From positions 806,001-870,000 of the forward strand of contig JAYWIR010000015.1 in assembly GCA_036172245.1 (NCBI GenBank): DNA of 64,000 bases, read 5' to 3'. The notes beneath the pieces were generated by a model. It did not search any database. It was not told the DNA's origin and saw only the letters and a program-made list of their open reading frames with translations. Source of the DNA: Raillietiella orientalis (Eukaryota). The translations under genes and the position numbers were made by a program. The first letter of the stretch is position 1, and every line of letters starts with the position of its first letter. Below are positions 53,167 through 64,000 of the stretch, one piece after another.

Positions 53167-55320
53167 TCTCCAGGAAGATACTGGTGACCCCCACGAGTGG
53201 ATGTCAGGGTTGTTTGCCCATCAGTGAAGGTGTTGGGTGCGAACCTGAATAGTGGTTGCCTTTACTACTTATCACCAATAATTCCGACTATGAATTTCTT
53301 TTCTCTATTCGACATCATTGGAACTTTTCAGTGCAACCCGACATGAGTTGCTGACGAGACCTGAATCACCTGCTTCCCAACACCTGGAATCATTCATTCA
53401 TCATTTCACATCAATCCTCCATCCAACTTTGCGTGCCCTTTTTATTTTCCTCTCCAGAATTTCTTTAGCTATTCCTCTCTGCACATATCCCGCAGGAATC
53501 TTGGACCTCTGGTGCTGTCTGCTTTCCTCTCACTGAGGAACCGGAGGACTTCGTGGCCTGCATCCAGCTGGGTAGCTTCGAGTTTTCTCCGAGAATCTAC
53601 CCAAGCACATCGATCCCAGTTGGAGGATTGAAAATTTTCCGTGACAGTGATGATGATCTCGCTAGCAAATCATAGCTAGTGCAACATTTTCCTTATGCAA
53701 AATCTTTAAGGATGATTGTACGTCCATTAATGTATGCCAGACTTGTTAATTTAGAAACGCACAGCTAAATAGACGAGAAAGAAAATGTATCTTGAATTTC
53801 ACAAGGTGACATGGAAGTCACGAAATGCTTTCCTCCAGGAAGACTGCATAATTTTCCCTTTAGCAATTTTGCTATTCTTAAAATACGCCTGGAGGCAGAG
53901 GTTGGGAGTGTAATGTCATGGGTAAATATTTACACGGACAGATTCTGTTCCAATTCAGTAGCTACTGGAGACTTAGAGAAAATGGCGCCCAGCATTTGCA
54001 AACGTGAGAATTTATGATTTCCTCAATTTGCATTGCTCTAATGTTGCTCTGCGTCCATCTTGAAATTCTTCGTTGCTCAGCGACTTTGAAGATTTATGGC
54101 ATTTTGCAGGTGTGCAGCGAACTGAGCTCTTGTCGGAGTGAAATGGCATTTCAGCACAGTCCGCATCAGAAGCACAGCAGTAGACTCAGCGCCCGAATTC
54201 ACTTTTTCTCCTGAAAGATGCGTTGTTTTAAGAAAAAGACGTTAGAAATGTGATCATGGCACAGGTTGTTCTTTCTTCCGTGGTGTGATTTGAAAGTCAC
54301 CGCATGAAGGAATCCCGACTGAGAACCTGTATCAAAACACGCGCACGCACACACGCCGATTCCCTTTTTGGCTTTCATCCTGCGTGGAAGCATTCGTTCC
54401 GAAGAGCAACTTGGTTCTGCATGTGTCTTTGAGCGTCAAATCGGAAACGTTCCAGGACACGCAGACTGAAAATGCAAGAATTTTCTTGCACCCTCTAGGG
54501 GTAGCAAGCAAGTTCTTTGCCATCCGCATCAGAGATTGCTATGAATCATTGCTACCTTTTAGTCCCATTTTTTTTTAAGACAGCAACAGAATCCTTAGTC
54601 AATGCAGGAGCATTCCATTCCTTCTTTTATGCGTTCACTTCTTGAAATTTCTGATGAGCGAGAAACCCAAGTGGTTTCTTCTTCTTTTTCAACCTGAGCG
54701 CGTTCAGAAACGCAAAGAGCAATTGTTCTGGAAACCTGGACGGACACTGCGGCAAGTTTCGGGACACTTTTCACAATGGTGTCTTTTTGGAGTTCTATTT
54801 TCTCACCATTTGGTTGGTCGCCCCTTTGGGGCTTTTATAACAGCGGTGCTGAGCAAGCTAAAACGACGGTGAAAGCACTTTGATTCTCGTTCACAACTTG
54901 TCCTCTGTGCAAGATTCTTCTGGTTCCATATCGTAGAGGCATGAGATTTCAAATACAGATAAGAATGCACAAATAGGTTTGCTTAGCTTGGTTTCTAATT
55001 CAACTTTAGATAATCACATGGAACCTTTGCATCAACTCAAGACACCCTTGAAAAACCCGGTAGGAAAACAAGGAGGCTTCCAAGTTGAAGATTCCAGGTG
55101 TTAATCTGGCCTTTTGAGTCCAATGCGTAACTACTAAAAGGATACTTCTGAAGGTACTCATCCCATGTGTCGTCGAGGAGAATTCTCCGCAAGTCATTGT
55201 ACGCTATGGGACGCTCGCAGCCCGGGATGAGCTAGACTGTCAGCTACCGAAGTCTCAGAGATTTTCTTAGATAAAAACATCCAGTTCACCTGTGAAAGTT
55301 CCCTGCTGGAGCAGGAAACA

Positions 55321-55440
55321 TTCACAGGTTTTAAATTATATCAAGGAGGGGGTTGCCAGACTCACATCCTCAAAATGACTCTATCGTGTCAGATGGAAGT
55401 GTGTCATGATATGGCATGGAAGAGATTTGAAACTTCGGAA
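55321..55440 (+). repeat. ~120-bp direct repeat, copy 1
   Basis: Aligns with 58929-59049, with an identical 36-nt core CCTCAAAATGACTCTATCGTGTCAGATGGAAGTGTG. Confidence 0.9.
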
Positions 55441-56019
55441 ATTCGCAGTTTCATTCTTCCTTTAACCCGTGCTCGGTCAGAAAGAATGTAATCCTCGAGG
55501 CTAACTCTAATGGCCTGCCAACAAAAGTAACCAGCCAGAATCGGTGCAGCTTAGATACAAATATCAGCTGCAGCACTACCACCACTATTGAATGCTGGAT
55601 GGATGCCTCGGAGCCTGTCACGTCGACTTTTCTTTGTGTGCATTTTACCGACTTTCGTTTCAGAAGTATGCATTTGTACCGGAGAAAGATGAGACAGCTT
55701 GGAATTGGAATGGCAGCTCGTTTTTCCGGACAAGGAAATTTCACGCTCCTCCCATCTGTCGGACTCTTTCCTTATCGTGTGTTAGTTTGCCAGCATGCCG
55801 CAAGGGCATGCTTCCACAGGTGGTGGGCTCTCCAAACGTCCGGTTTGCTCGTTTTGCCGTGCAGACGTTTCAGCTTCTGAATCCGTTATGCGTGCACTCT
55901 TACGTTCCGGCTGAGAAATTCTAGAAGCTAAAAGTTAATCCTAAAAGATTCCAAAGTCACCTCCTCTCCGCTCGAGTTTTGGATGGGAAAGGGAGAGAGC
56001 TCCATCTCCTTTATATCTG

Positions 56020-56180
56020 TTCCAATAATATGAGTGTTCATACATATCATGAATGAACTATAAATACGAATAATCATGTATATTGAAATAAATATGTATA
56101 TCTATGTATTTTATCTATATAGAATAAGCACATATGTTTATTTTTCAATGATATTTCGGGATTTTGAATCAGCCCCCCTC
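56020..56180 (+). repeat. AT-rich dispersed element, copy 3
   Basis: atctatatagaataagcacatatgtttatttttcaatgatatttcgggattttgaatcagcccc aligns with the reverse complement of 2400-2460. Confidence 0.75.
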
Positions 56181-57219
56181 GGTAGATGACTCAACAGTCA
56201 GACGACGGCGACGCAGACAAGCAGGGACATGCTGGAGACCCAGATCAAGAAGGCTTCTTCGGAACACTGGGAGTTGGTAGTGATCAGCTATCCAGAAAGA
56301 TTCAAAGTCTAAAGTCAGATCCAGAGCTCCACAGAGAAGGGAAACCTTTGATCCCACAGGAGAGAGAGCGATACTGCAAGGGCAACTGTGGTAGTAGCGT
56401 CTCTGGGATCTTTGGATCAGAGAAACGGTGAACTGTTGAGGGAATCGGAAATTCCCAAGAAACAGGTGGAATACATAAGATACGGAGCAATGTGCTCGGA
56501 CACACAGCACCCCTGCTTTGTCTGCGGAAAGGTCGATTCGTTCACCACTCTTAAAGAAATAACCTTGGAAATTCGTAGGAAAAGTTCAATGGAAGAAACA
56601 GGCAAAGGAGATGTTGAGAACCACCTCTTTCATCTGCATAGAGATCTCCTTTCTGACACAATTTGTGTACCAAAATTCGAATAAATCAGGATTTTCATCA
56701 ATGGTTCCCGAAGGCAGTGAACAGTGAATTGCTTTTTCCCTCAAGCACGTCTCTCAACCAGTGATGATGAAGCTTGAAATCTGAAATGAAACGAGTTATG
56801 ACCATTATCGTTGCTAGAATGGGGTCACTGTTACTTTGATCTGACTGATTTTTATGCTCGCTTGAAGCAACAACACGTTCTCTTATTCGCTACTTCTGAC
56901 ATTCTCTAGGCAGAAAAGACAAATATCGCAACCGAGGATGCGTAGAGTTGATCTTTAAGAGCGGTAATTAAGACATAAGAAGAATGATACTTTCTTACTG
57001 ACCTTTCTTGAGAAAATCTTCATAACTCGATTCTTTACTGCTTTTTTTTTTTTTCTTTTGCATCATCCTACTGATCGGAAGGAAATGTGGACCTGCACTT
57101 GATTCTTCATCAGCAAAGTGTCCATTTATAAGTACACAAAAAATACTCAGAGACTTTTAGAACTACTCCATTCAAGACGGTTTGCGATTATATTCAGCAT
57201 CATCTCTTTTCTTTTCTGC

Positions 57220-59920
57220 AGCTCCACTCCCTATGAGAAAAGTTTGCGAGCAAAGGAGCAGCAGCACTCACGCCGACGTTTTCAAAGGTCCACACCACCA
57301 CACAATGCTGCTTGTCACGATTCAGGATTTCCGAAATTTCATCTCAAGAAGGCCAGGTTTTCGTTGCTCATGAAGTTTCGTTGCCAGGAGCGACTGGTAA
57401 GAAGAAAAGAGTGGCTCACCACAACGTGCACTGCGAAAATCTCTGGCATCCTCATCGGCATGATTATTTGCAAAAGTCCAGCTGCTCAACACCTGCATCT
57501 CGATGTGCTTGACGGGAAGCGACTAGTTCCAATGTTACGATGAGTTTTTCACTCCCCAGTAACCACGTCGTTCTGGACCGCTGGAAGTGACCGCTTCATA
57601 TTGCAGCTTTCTTGTCTAACTTCCATCTGTTTCTTTGAAAGTTTCCATCTGGCCAAATACTGCATTCTTCATCAGTTCGAAAAGCTGCCACGCATGGGTG
57701 TAGCTTAGGTCTTCAAAGAGGATACCTCCACATCCCGCATTCTTACCAACGGCAGACCTTTGTGTGCCAACAAGGAGAAAATGCTGAAGGGTACTCATGT
57801 TGGGAAATGTACCTGTGGATCTCCATTGCGTCTTGACACAACTAAAAATTGCTTTTTCTACTCAAACCGCTGTCACAACTTCAACAGAATTCTGGAATTG
57901 AGTGAGAGTTTCTATTACTTCTAATGCGATCAACAGCAGTTGGAGTTTCATTCTAAAAATATTGATTTTCTCCCAGTCCATTGCAAATTCCATCAGCTTC
58001 TTCCTTACTGATGGAATTCTAAAAGACAAAACTTTTTGACATGTGACCGCATGATAATCGTCCCTCCAGCTGCAGTCACTTTGATGAATTTGCACTTTCA
58101 TCCTCTGAAACTTATTGATCAAGACTCCTTGCAGCTCGAATCCAATTCGCAACGATTTCACTTCGTTTTTGGGCTTTATAATGGGAATAAAAGATGGAAA
58201 GGAAGGAAGCTGCAGAGGAAACTATAGCTTCCTGTGGCTTTTCTGTATTCGCCATTATTAACATTCCTGTTCATGACTATTAGAGAGGACATGTTATCGA
58301 TTCGCGCAGTTTCACGCTTTAGGATGTTTTGTGATCCCTTCAGTGAGATTATTTATCCACTCTTGATCAACTTACACAAAGTCTTCATCAGTGGTGATCG
58401 AGGTCTTCAGAAGGGAGGATCAATACCTAGGATCTCACTAGATGGTCCGTGTTCCCTTTTTTTGAAAAAAAACAGCCTCTGGCAATGCAGTATGAAAAGA
58501 GCCAGACATTTCTTTCAAGCTGATGACGATTTTTCATTTCCCGTTATCCATAAAGTGCATATTTCCAGAAAATTACTGCGTTTCTCGAAAAGTTCAGCAT
58601 TCAGTTTACCATTCGAAAAGTTCTTGATCGGGAAGAAGATCCGTGTGGACTAGATTACATGAAAATGTGCAAACGTTTCTGCAAGGACACGTGAATACGC
58701 AATCCGAACGAGCTGCTTCCATCCAGGATCACTTAGAAAATGAGCTGAAAGCATCCTTATTCCAGCACGGCTAAGAATTCTGGAATTCTGGGATCAGAAG
58801 AGGATCAGGAAAGAAGTCACCGAAAGGAGTAGCTCTCGACACTTAACAAATCGAACCGCAGATGATGACTTCACAAAGGAAATCACGAGATGTCATTTTG
58901 AGTGAGTGCATCCAAATTTTGAAAGACTTTCACAGGTTTGGAAACATATCAAGGAGGGGGTTACCGGATTCGCACCCTCAAAATGACTCTATCGTGTCAG
59001 ATGGAAGTGTGCCGTGATACGGCATGGAAGAGAACTGTGGAAATCGGAATCGGATTCCTGATGAGTACTGAAACAATTTCTTCGCTGATTTGGATGAAGA
59101 CTTGTCAGATCTTTGTCGGCTGACGAAGATGAGATTTAGGCAGTGAAACGTTGGCTCCTTTCTCCCTTTTGTTTTTTTAGAAGACAAAATTCGATTCCAG
59201 AAGAGCGAATTTTTCCCAAAGCAATACAAATGAGATCAGATGCGGTTCGACGTACACCGACAACCTCGGGGAGGCAGCTGTCAAGGTGTCTCCTCAGTGG
59301 GAAAGAATGAAACGTTTGTCCCTGTAAGAAGCAGAATAGTGGCATGGGAAAATCCGTCGGCATTCCCGGCTCCAGCATCACAAAATACGCGGATGATGTG
59401 CCTGGTCTGTTCCGTACAGCACGACGAGGAACAAGGTGTCGCTCGACACTCTTTACAAACAAACATTCCATCGGGGTCAGGACACCAGGCGGATTCTCAA
59501 CACCAAATGCTGTTTCTTGCAGTGGCATGTTTCTTCATCGTTCTTGCCAAAATTTGGGGGAGATCATAAGAAAGCCAAGATTAAGCATGGAAAAAGTGTT
59601 TCAAATCTCCAGGGAGTCATCTCCAATGAACTTGATAATCCTTTCCAGAAATGTCCTTTGGACACACGGCTTAGTAACATGCCTGCCAGCACGATTCCAA
59701 AGATATTTCTCCCCCTTCAAGATCACTCTATGGGATGTAGAAAAGAAAACATGCCTACTTTTGACTTTCATCCTTTCTCTTTCCTCGAGACATGGCTGGC
59801 TGTTGCTCCAAGGGAGTTCGGCACAGATCCACATCGGCTATGTAGCAGTTGTCGAATTTCCAAGAGATCCAGCTTTAGGAAGGCATGGCAAGAAGATCAT
59901 TTCGGAGATTTCCAGATGAA
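57220..59920 (+). pseudogene. Scattered relics of a helicase-like P-loop NTPase gene
   Basis: 'VFVAHEV...NLW' at about 57355-57450 (Walker B-like 'hvfvDE..LW') and 'MGCRKEN' / 'GSSAQIHI' at about 59730-59835 (helicase C-terminal 'G.E' and 'RA...l' positions). All frameshifted. Confidence 0.25.
58929..59049 (+). repeat. ~120-bp direct repeat, copy 2
   Basis: Aligns with 55321-55440. Confidence 0.9.
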
Positions 59921-61559
59921 TACGGAACGGGAATTCGCCGAAGCGTCTTTCGCTGACCGATGCAGCGGAAGTTTCCAGATGACTCTAGCTGATGCGAACT
60001 CTTAGCACCGATACTTCCGAGTTCATGTTCTGCTTTCCATGTGGTTCGAATGGCAATGTGATTCCGCTGAGCTAATCATTTTTGGCCTCATGGATGCTTT
60101 GACTCAAGTTTGGCAAAAGAACGCGCAGTACGCATTCTTTTTCACGCTAAGCATAACATGGAGCAGGAGTCTCATCAAGGTGAGAGTATCAAGAAGATGG
60201 GGATGAACTCACTCTCACTTTGCTGAAATCCATTCATGTCGAGTGTACCCAAGTTAAATTTCATAAAGTAAGCTGCACAGTCAGTAATATGGTAGACGTG
60301 GTGTTCGTAGAGCTAGTCGATAGTTTGCAAATGGCTACAAAATAGTCTACTCGTACTTTCTGTTTCAAGGAGGTAATGTATTAATAACCTCCTCTTCCTA
60401 GAATCGTCTTTGTAAATTCAATAAGATTGGTTTCCATGTGTAATGGTATCTATAGCAGATTGCACGTGAACTTCCGTTTATGAGAATATAGCTTAAAGCA
60501 AAAACTTTTTGAATGAGGAAGAAAAATAACCCATAAAGATTTGGTTTGATTTCTATTCGGAATGGCTTTCTTCGTGTTATTCCTTTAGGATGGTGGCAGT
60601 TCCCGCTGTTTCCAGAAAAACGGTCAAATCCGTTGGTTTCACAAACATTGCGATATAAAAATGATAGCACGATAAGGATACGCATTCGCACCGCTCGTTC
60701 CATCCAGAAAGATGAAGAGTTTGTCTCTTCAGACCCTTCAAGTAGGTGCTCAAGTTTTCCTGGAGCCAACATGCGGATCGCGAAGCCAATCACTGCACAA
60801 AACCCACTGATTCCCATTGCCTCCGAAATACAGTCCCAATTACAGAATTCCTTGTTCCCAGGAAAGCACTTCTATGACTAAACTCCAGTTCTGCCGTAAC
60901 TTGGACCGCACCCACTCTCGCTAAAGAATGAATACTCATAACCTATTCGCAGTATTTAGAAAATCTCTGGAAGGCACTGAGAGGATGCGGCTACACGAAG
61001 TTTCAAATATCGCTTCTTGGGTCGTACTGGCTTTTTGTTCTCAAACTGATTCTTTCATGTTTTCGCTTCCGACTCACGTTCCATCCACCCTATCTCGCTC
61101 TCAGGTTGAGAATAAGCAGCATCTGAAACACTGCCTATGGAAATGCTCACTGCTGGAGATCTCGTATGGAAACCGATTCAGGGCTGACGAGCAGGTATAA
61201 AGGTAGTGCTGTGATACTCAGGACACAGTTGGGAAGGAAGCCAAAAAGAAAAGAAGAGAAAGAAAGAAAGAAAAAAATCCTGAAACGCTCTGGGAAAAAG
61301 AAGAAAAAAAAAAGCAAGATGATAATAAGTTAGGAAGCTGTCGTTCGAATGCTGCAGAAAAACTGCAAACCGCGGGATTTCTTGCGAAAGATCACCATAA
61401 CTTTATTAATTCTGAAGGAGCAAACAGTACTGTTTGTTTCATGAAGGTGTTATTAGGATCGACTCGGGCCAGCAGCCCATGATTTTCTGTATTCAATGAT
61501 GGAAGTATGCTGTTCATCTACTTTAGGATACGAATTTCAGCAGCGGGACACTCCGACAG

Positions 61560-62450
61560 CGACTGGAAGGTACACAGACAAAATTCCTTCCACTCTGAAT
61601 ACTGGGACCAGTATCGGGGGAGGCACCTGGATTGAAGTGTGAAGAAATACTTCGGAATTACGGGATATCCTCCACATTCACTACGACCATCAGGATTGCG
61701 AGACCTCGGAACAAGTGATGGAGTCGTTCCACAGCTACTGCCCCGAGCTGTTCTGCAGGAAAGCTGGTGGACTGAGAGGAAGGGAGTCCTCCAATGCGTC
61801 GTCAAGCTTATCTTCAGCGGACGAACTTCGAAAGAAGACTTCGCGGACGACGAGATCGAGGCGGTTTTCCCGAGACATGGCAACGATCTGGCGGCAGACT
61901 CTTATAACATGACCATTACCCATTATCGGCAATACCTGCCAGCCTACATGCGTATGTTTTGTCAGATGTTGACCCAATTCCAAGAAAAAGGGAGATTTCA
62001 AGCTTCATTTCATCAGAGCAGGATGGCACTTCTCCCCATGCGTGGCGACATGACCTCAGTCACTCAGTGGAAACCTACCTCTGTCCTGAACTCCAGTGTC
62101 GAGTGGATGGCGAAGATATGGACCAACAGACTGAAGAGATGCATCGCCCACACAAACGTGATTCATTCCTGAAAGGTACATGTGAGGACAGCTTCTTTTA
62201 GAACACAACCGCATTCTAGGAAGCGACCTGCTGCTGGGTCTTACTAATACTGAGAAGTCCTTGGCTACATGACGATGTTGAGGATACTGAGGAAAATGGG
62301 CTTCCCAGAGAAATTTCTGATGTACATGAAGACTATCCTGGGAGAAGCACGATTCCTCCTCACCATCAGTGGCAGGAAATCTGAAGACAACCGTCAAACT
62401 CGGAAAGGACATTTACCAAGGAACTGGACAAGAACTAAACTGAACATTTA
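61560..62450 (+). mobile_element. L1/Tx1-clade reverse transcriptase, N-terminal half (pseudogenic)
   Basis: 'GRFQASFHQSRMALLPMRGDMTSVTQWKPTSVLNSSVEWMAKIWTNRLK' matches RT domains 1-2 (LlpK.gd....wRPIsllN.dyKi.aki..nRL). Also 'LLLGLTNTEKSL' (degraded D.eKAFD) and 'LRKMGFPEKF...ISG'. Confidence 0.9.
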
Positions 62451-62599
62451 ACAAGAAGGAGCAAAACAAATTTGTGATACGAATCTGCAACGTGCAAGAC
62501 ACAATGCTGCAAAACTTCTTCAGCAACGCACGCCGATCCAAGCACGAAAGACGGTCAGTAGCCATGTAAAGGACAAATTCCCCCAAGGGATCTCCAGGG

Positions 62600-64000
62600 A
62601 CTCTCCTTCAGCAAGACATCCGAATCAAGCGATCATCAGCAAGTGGAGCCAGCCACCAAGAGCGACGTGGAAGAGCTGATGCCAAAGTGCATCCGAGAAA
62701 ACAACGAGGTGGAGTTTAGGCATCTTTGGAGGATGGGAGACTACGGGATCCGGGACACACGGTTCGATGCTTTGAAGCAGACCGTGCCTAGGTTTTGCAG
62801 CAGGGACGTCCTCCGCTCTATCGATTGCCTGGCCATAGCAGAGATCGGCTGATTTCTGAAAGCGCAGACAATACAGAGTCCGTCAACGAATATCATCGAG
62901 CAAACAACTGTGAGGAAGTTCGCACAATCATCGAAGCAGAAGGAGCGTGCAAAGAAGGGAAAGGTAGACAAATAAAGTGCGATGGCATCTTTACTGTCGG
63001 CGACCAGAATTGTGCAAGAATCACCTGCTGGGACATCAGCGGACTCTCAAACTCGGAGAAACGGAGAGGAGGTCATGCAAGCCATCGGACATGATCCCAT
63101 CATCTTCTAGGAAACCCAACAGATCAACTAGGGAAATAGTCAGAACTTCGGTAACGGGCCGAACGTCCAACTGTTCCTCAGTAAAGGCACCAGGAACTCA
63201 AAAGGAGTGGCGACTGTCGTGAAAAACGAGCAATTGTACGCCACCTTACAGACGTTCGTTGCCTAGGAAAGCCGAGCTGAGGATGCCCTGTTTCCTAATC
63301 GTGCACGAGAAAACACAGATGTGCGGAATTTCTGCCAAAAACTGGGGAGTTAGGTCGCACCCTAGAGCGTCGTCATCATCGCGAAGATGTAGACATCTTG
63401 CTTCGGATCCAGGGGCTCCGAGGAAGCACAGGGTACAAGCGGCTGTCTGAAGAATTCAGACTGTAATGGCTAACAGCAATCCACAGATCCATCGACAATG
63501 TTCTGATAGCGGAAAGCATCCGCAACGATCCTGAGACACGTACACTGTTCGGAGACCATGCCCTGGTGCAGTTTATCATCAAGACGAAGAAACCTCTTAA
63601 GGAAATAGAAACAAGATTGGCGTTCACCAGCATGATCGCTGGTTCGAGATACTTTCCTATCATCAGGAAGCCGTGGAAACCATATTGCGGAACACCCCAC
63701 CGTTGGCAGCGGCACCCATCACCGGGACAGGTGAAAGCACACCACCCACTTGATTTTTAACCCACGATTCGGCGACAGGAACGCGTACCCGGAGTTGAAC
63801 ATCCAAGATCAATCCAACTCGATGAGCTACGAGCAGTTTGAGAGAAGGCAGGCATTCAAGAATATCAAGGAAAAAATAAAAATGCTGGACAACAAGGATA
63901 TCGCCTGAGAAATCTTCTGAATCCTGTAGGCAGGTCAGACCCGTTGCAGGATAGAGGAGATCGTGGCTGCCTTGGAGCACCATCATACCAAATGTTTCCG
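62600..64000 (+). mobile_element. Second Tx1-like unit: ORF1 zinc-knuckle relic followed by APE endonuclease relic
   Basis: 'QGRPPLYRLPGHSRD' (degraded GRpPlC..C...GH.r..C), then 'RITCWDISGLSNSEKRR' (i.twNvrGl....KR), 'HDPIIF*ETQ' (DiiflQEt) and 'SKGVATVV'. Runs off the end of the window. Confidence 0.75.

Noticed and set aside
54651..54685. Hammerhead-like CTGATGA...GAAA cores (also about 59058 and 10808)
   Set aside because: No valid stem II or stem I pairing around the core, and the cleavage triplet is not properly positioned.
60398..60817. TRP-channel S5-S6-like hydrophobic stretch
   Set aside because: Only vague similarity across frames, with no diagnostic motif intact.
1..64000. CRISPR array, prokaryotic operon, endosymbiont insertion or telomeric (TTAGG)n array
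   Set aside because: No regularly spaced repeats with unique spacers, no gene-dense long ORFs and no telomeric tract were seen.

Overview
Eukaryotic, repeat-rich sequence with no intact protein-coding gene that I can support. None of the supplied ORFs (all 206 aa or shorter) looks like a complete functional protein. A degraded 5' fragment of an arthropod-type 28S rRNA points to an arthropod host; a crustacean is my unverified guess. The window is a mosaic of four kinds of sequence. (1) Many decayed L1/Tx1-clade non-LTR retrotransposon pieces: APE endonuclease, RT, ORF1 zinc knuckle and the C-terminal CCHC finger. (2) Two copies of an apparently composite tRNA-headed SINE with a hairpin-rich body; one copy is split by an antisense LINE 3' fragment. 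(3) Three copies of an AT-rich element with a conserved terminus, one carrying a U2 snRNA 5' fragment, plus a small MITE. (4) Faint, frameshifted relics of host gene families: P-loop helicase-like NTPase, LRR, ankyrin, RING, and possibly DEG/ENaC and GPCR. All protein-family calls come from manual motif recognition, not database searches. I found no CRISPR array, prokaryotic operon or convincing new protein system. The best novelty candidate is the composite SINE.
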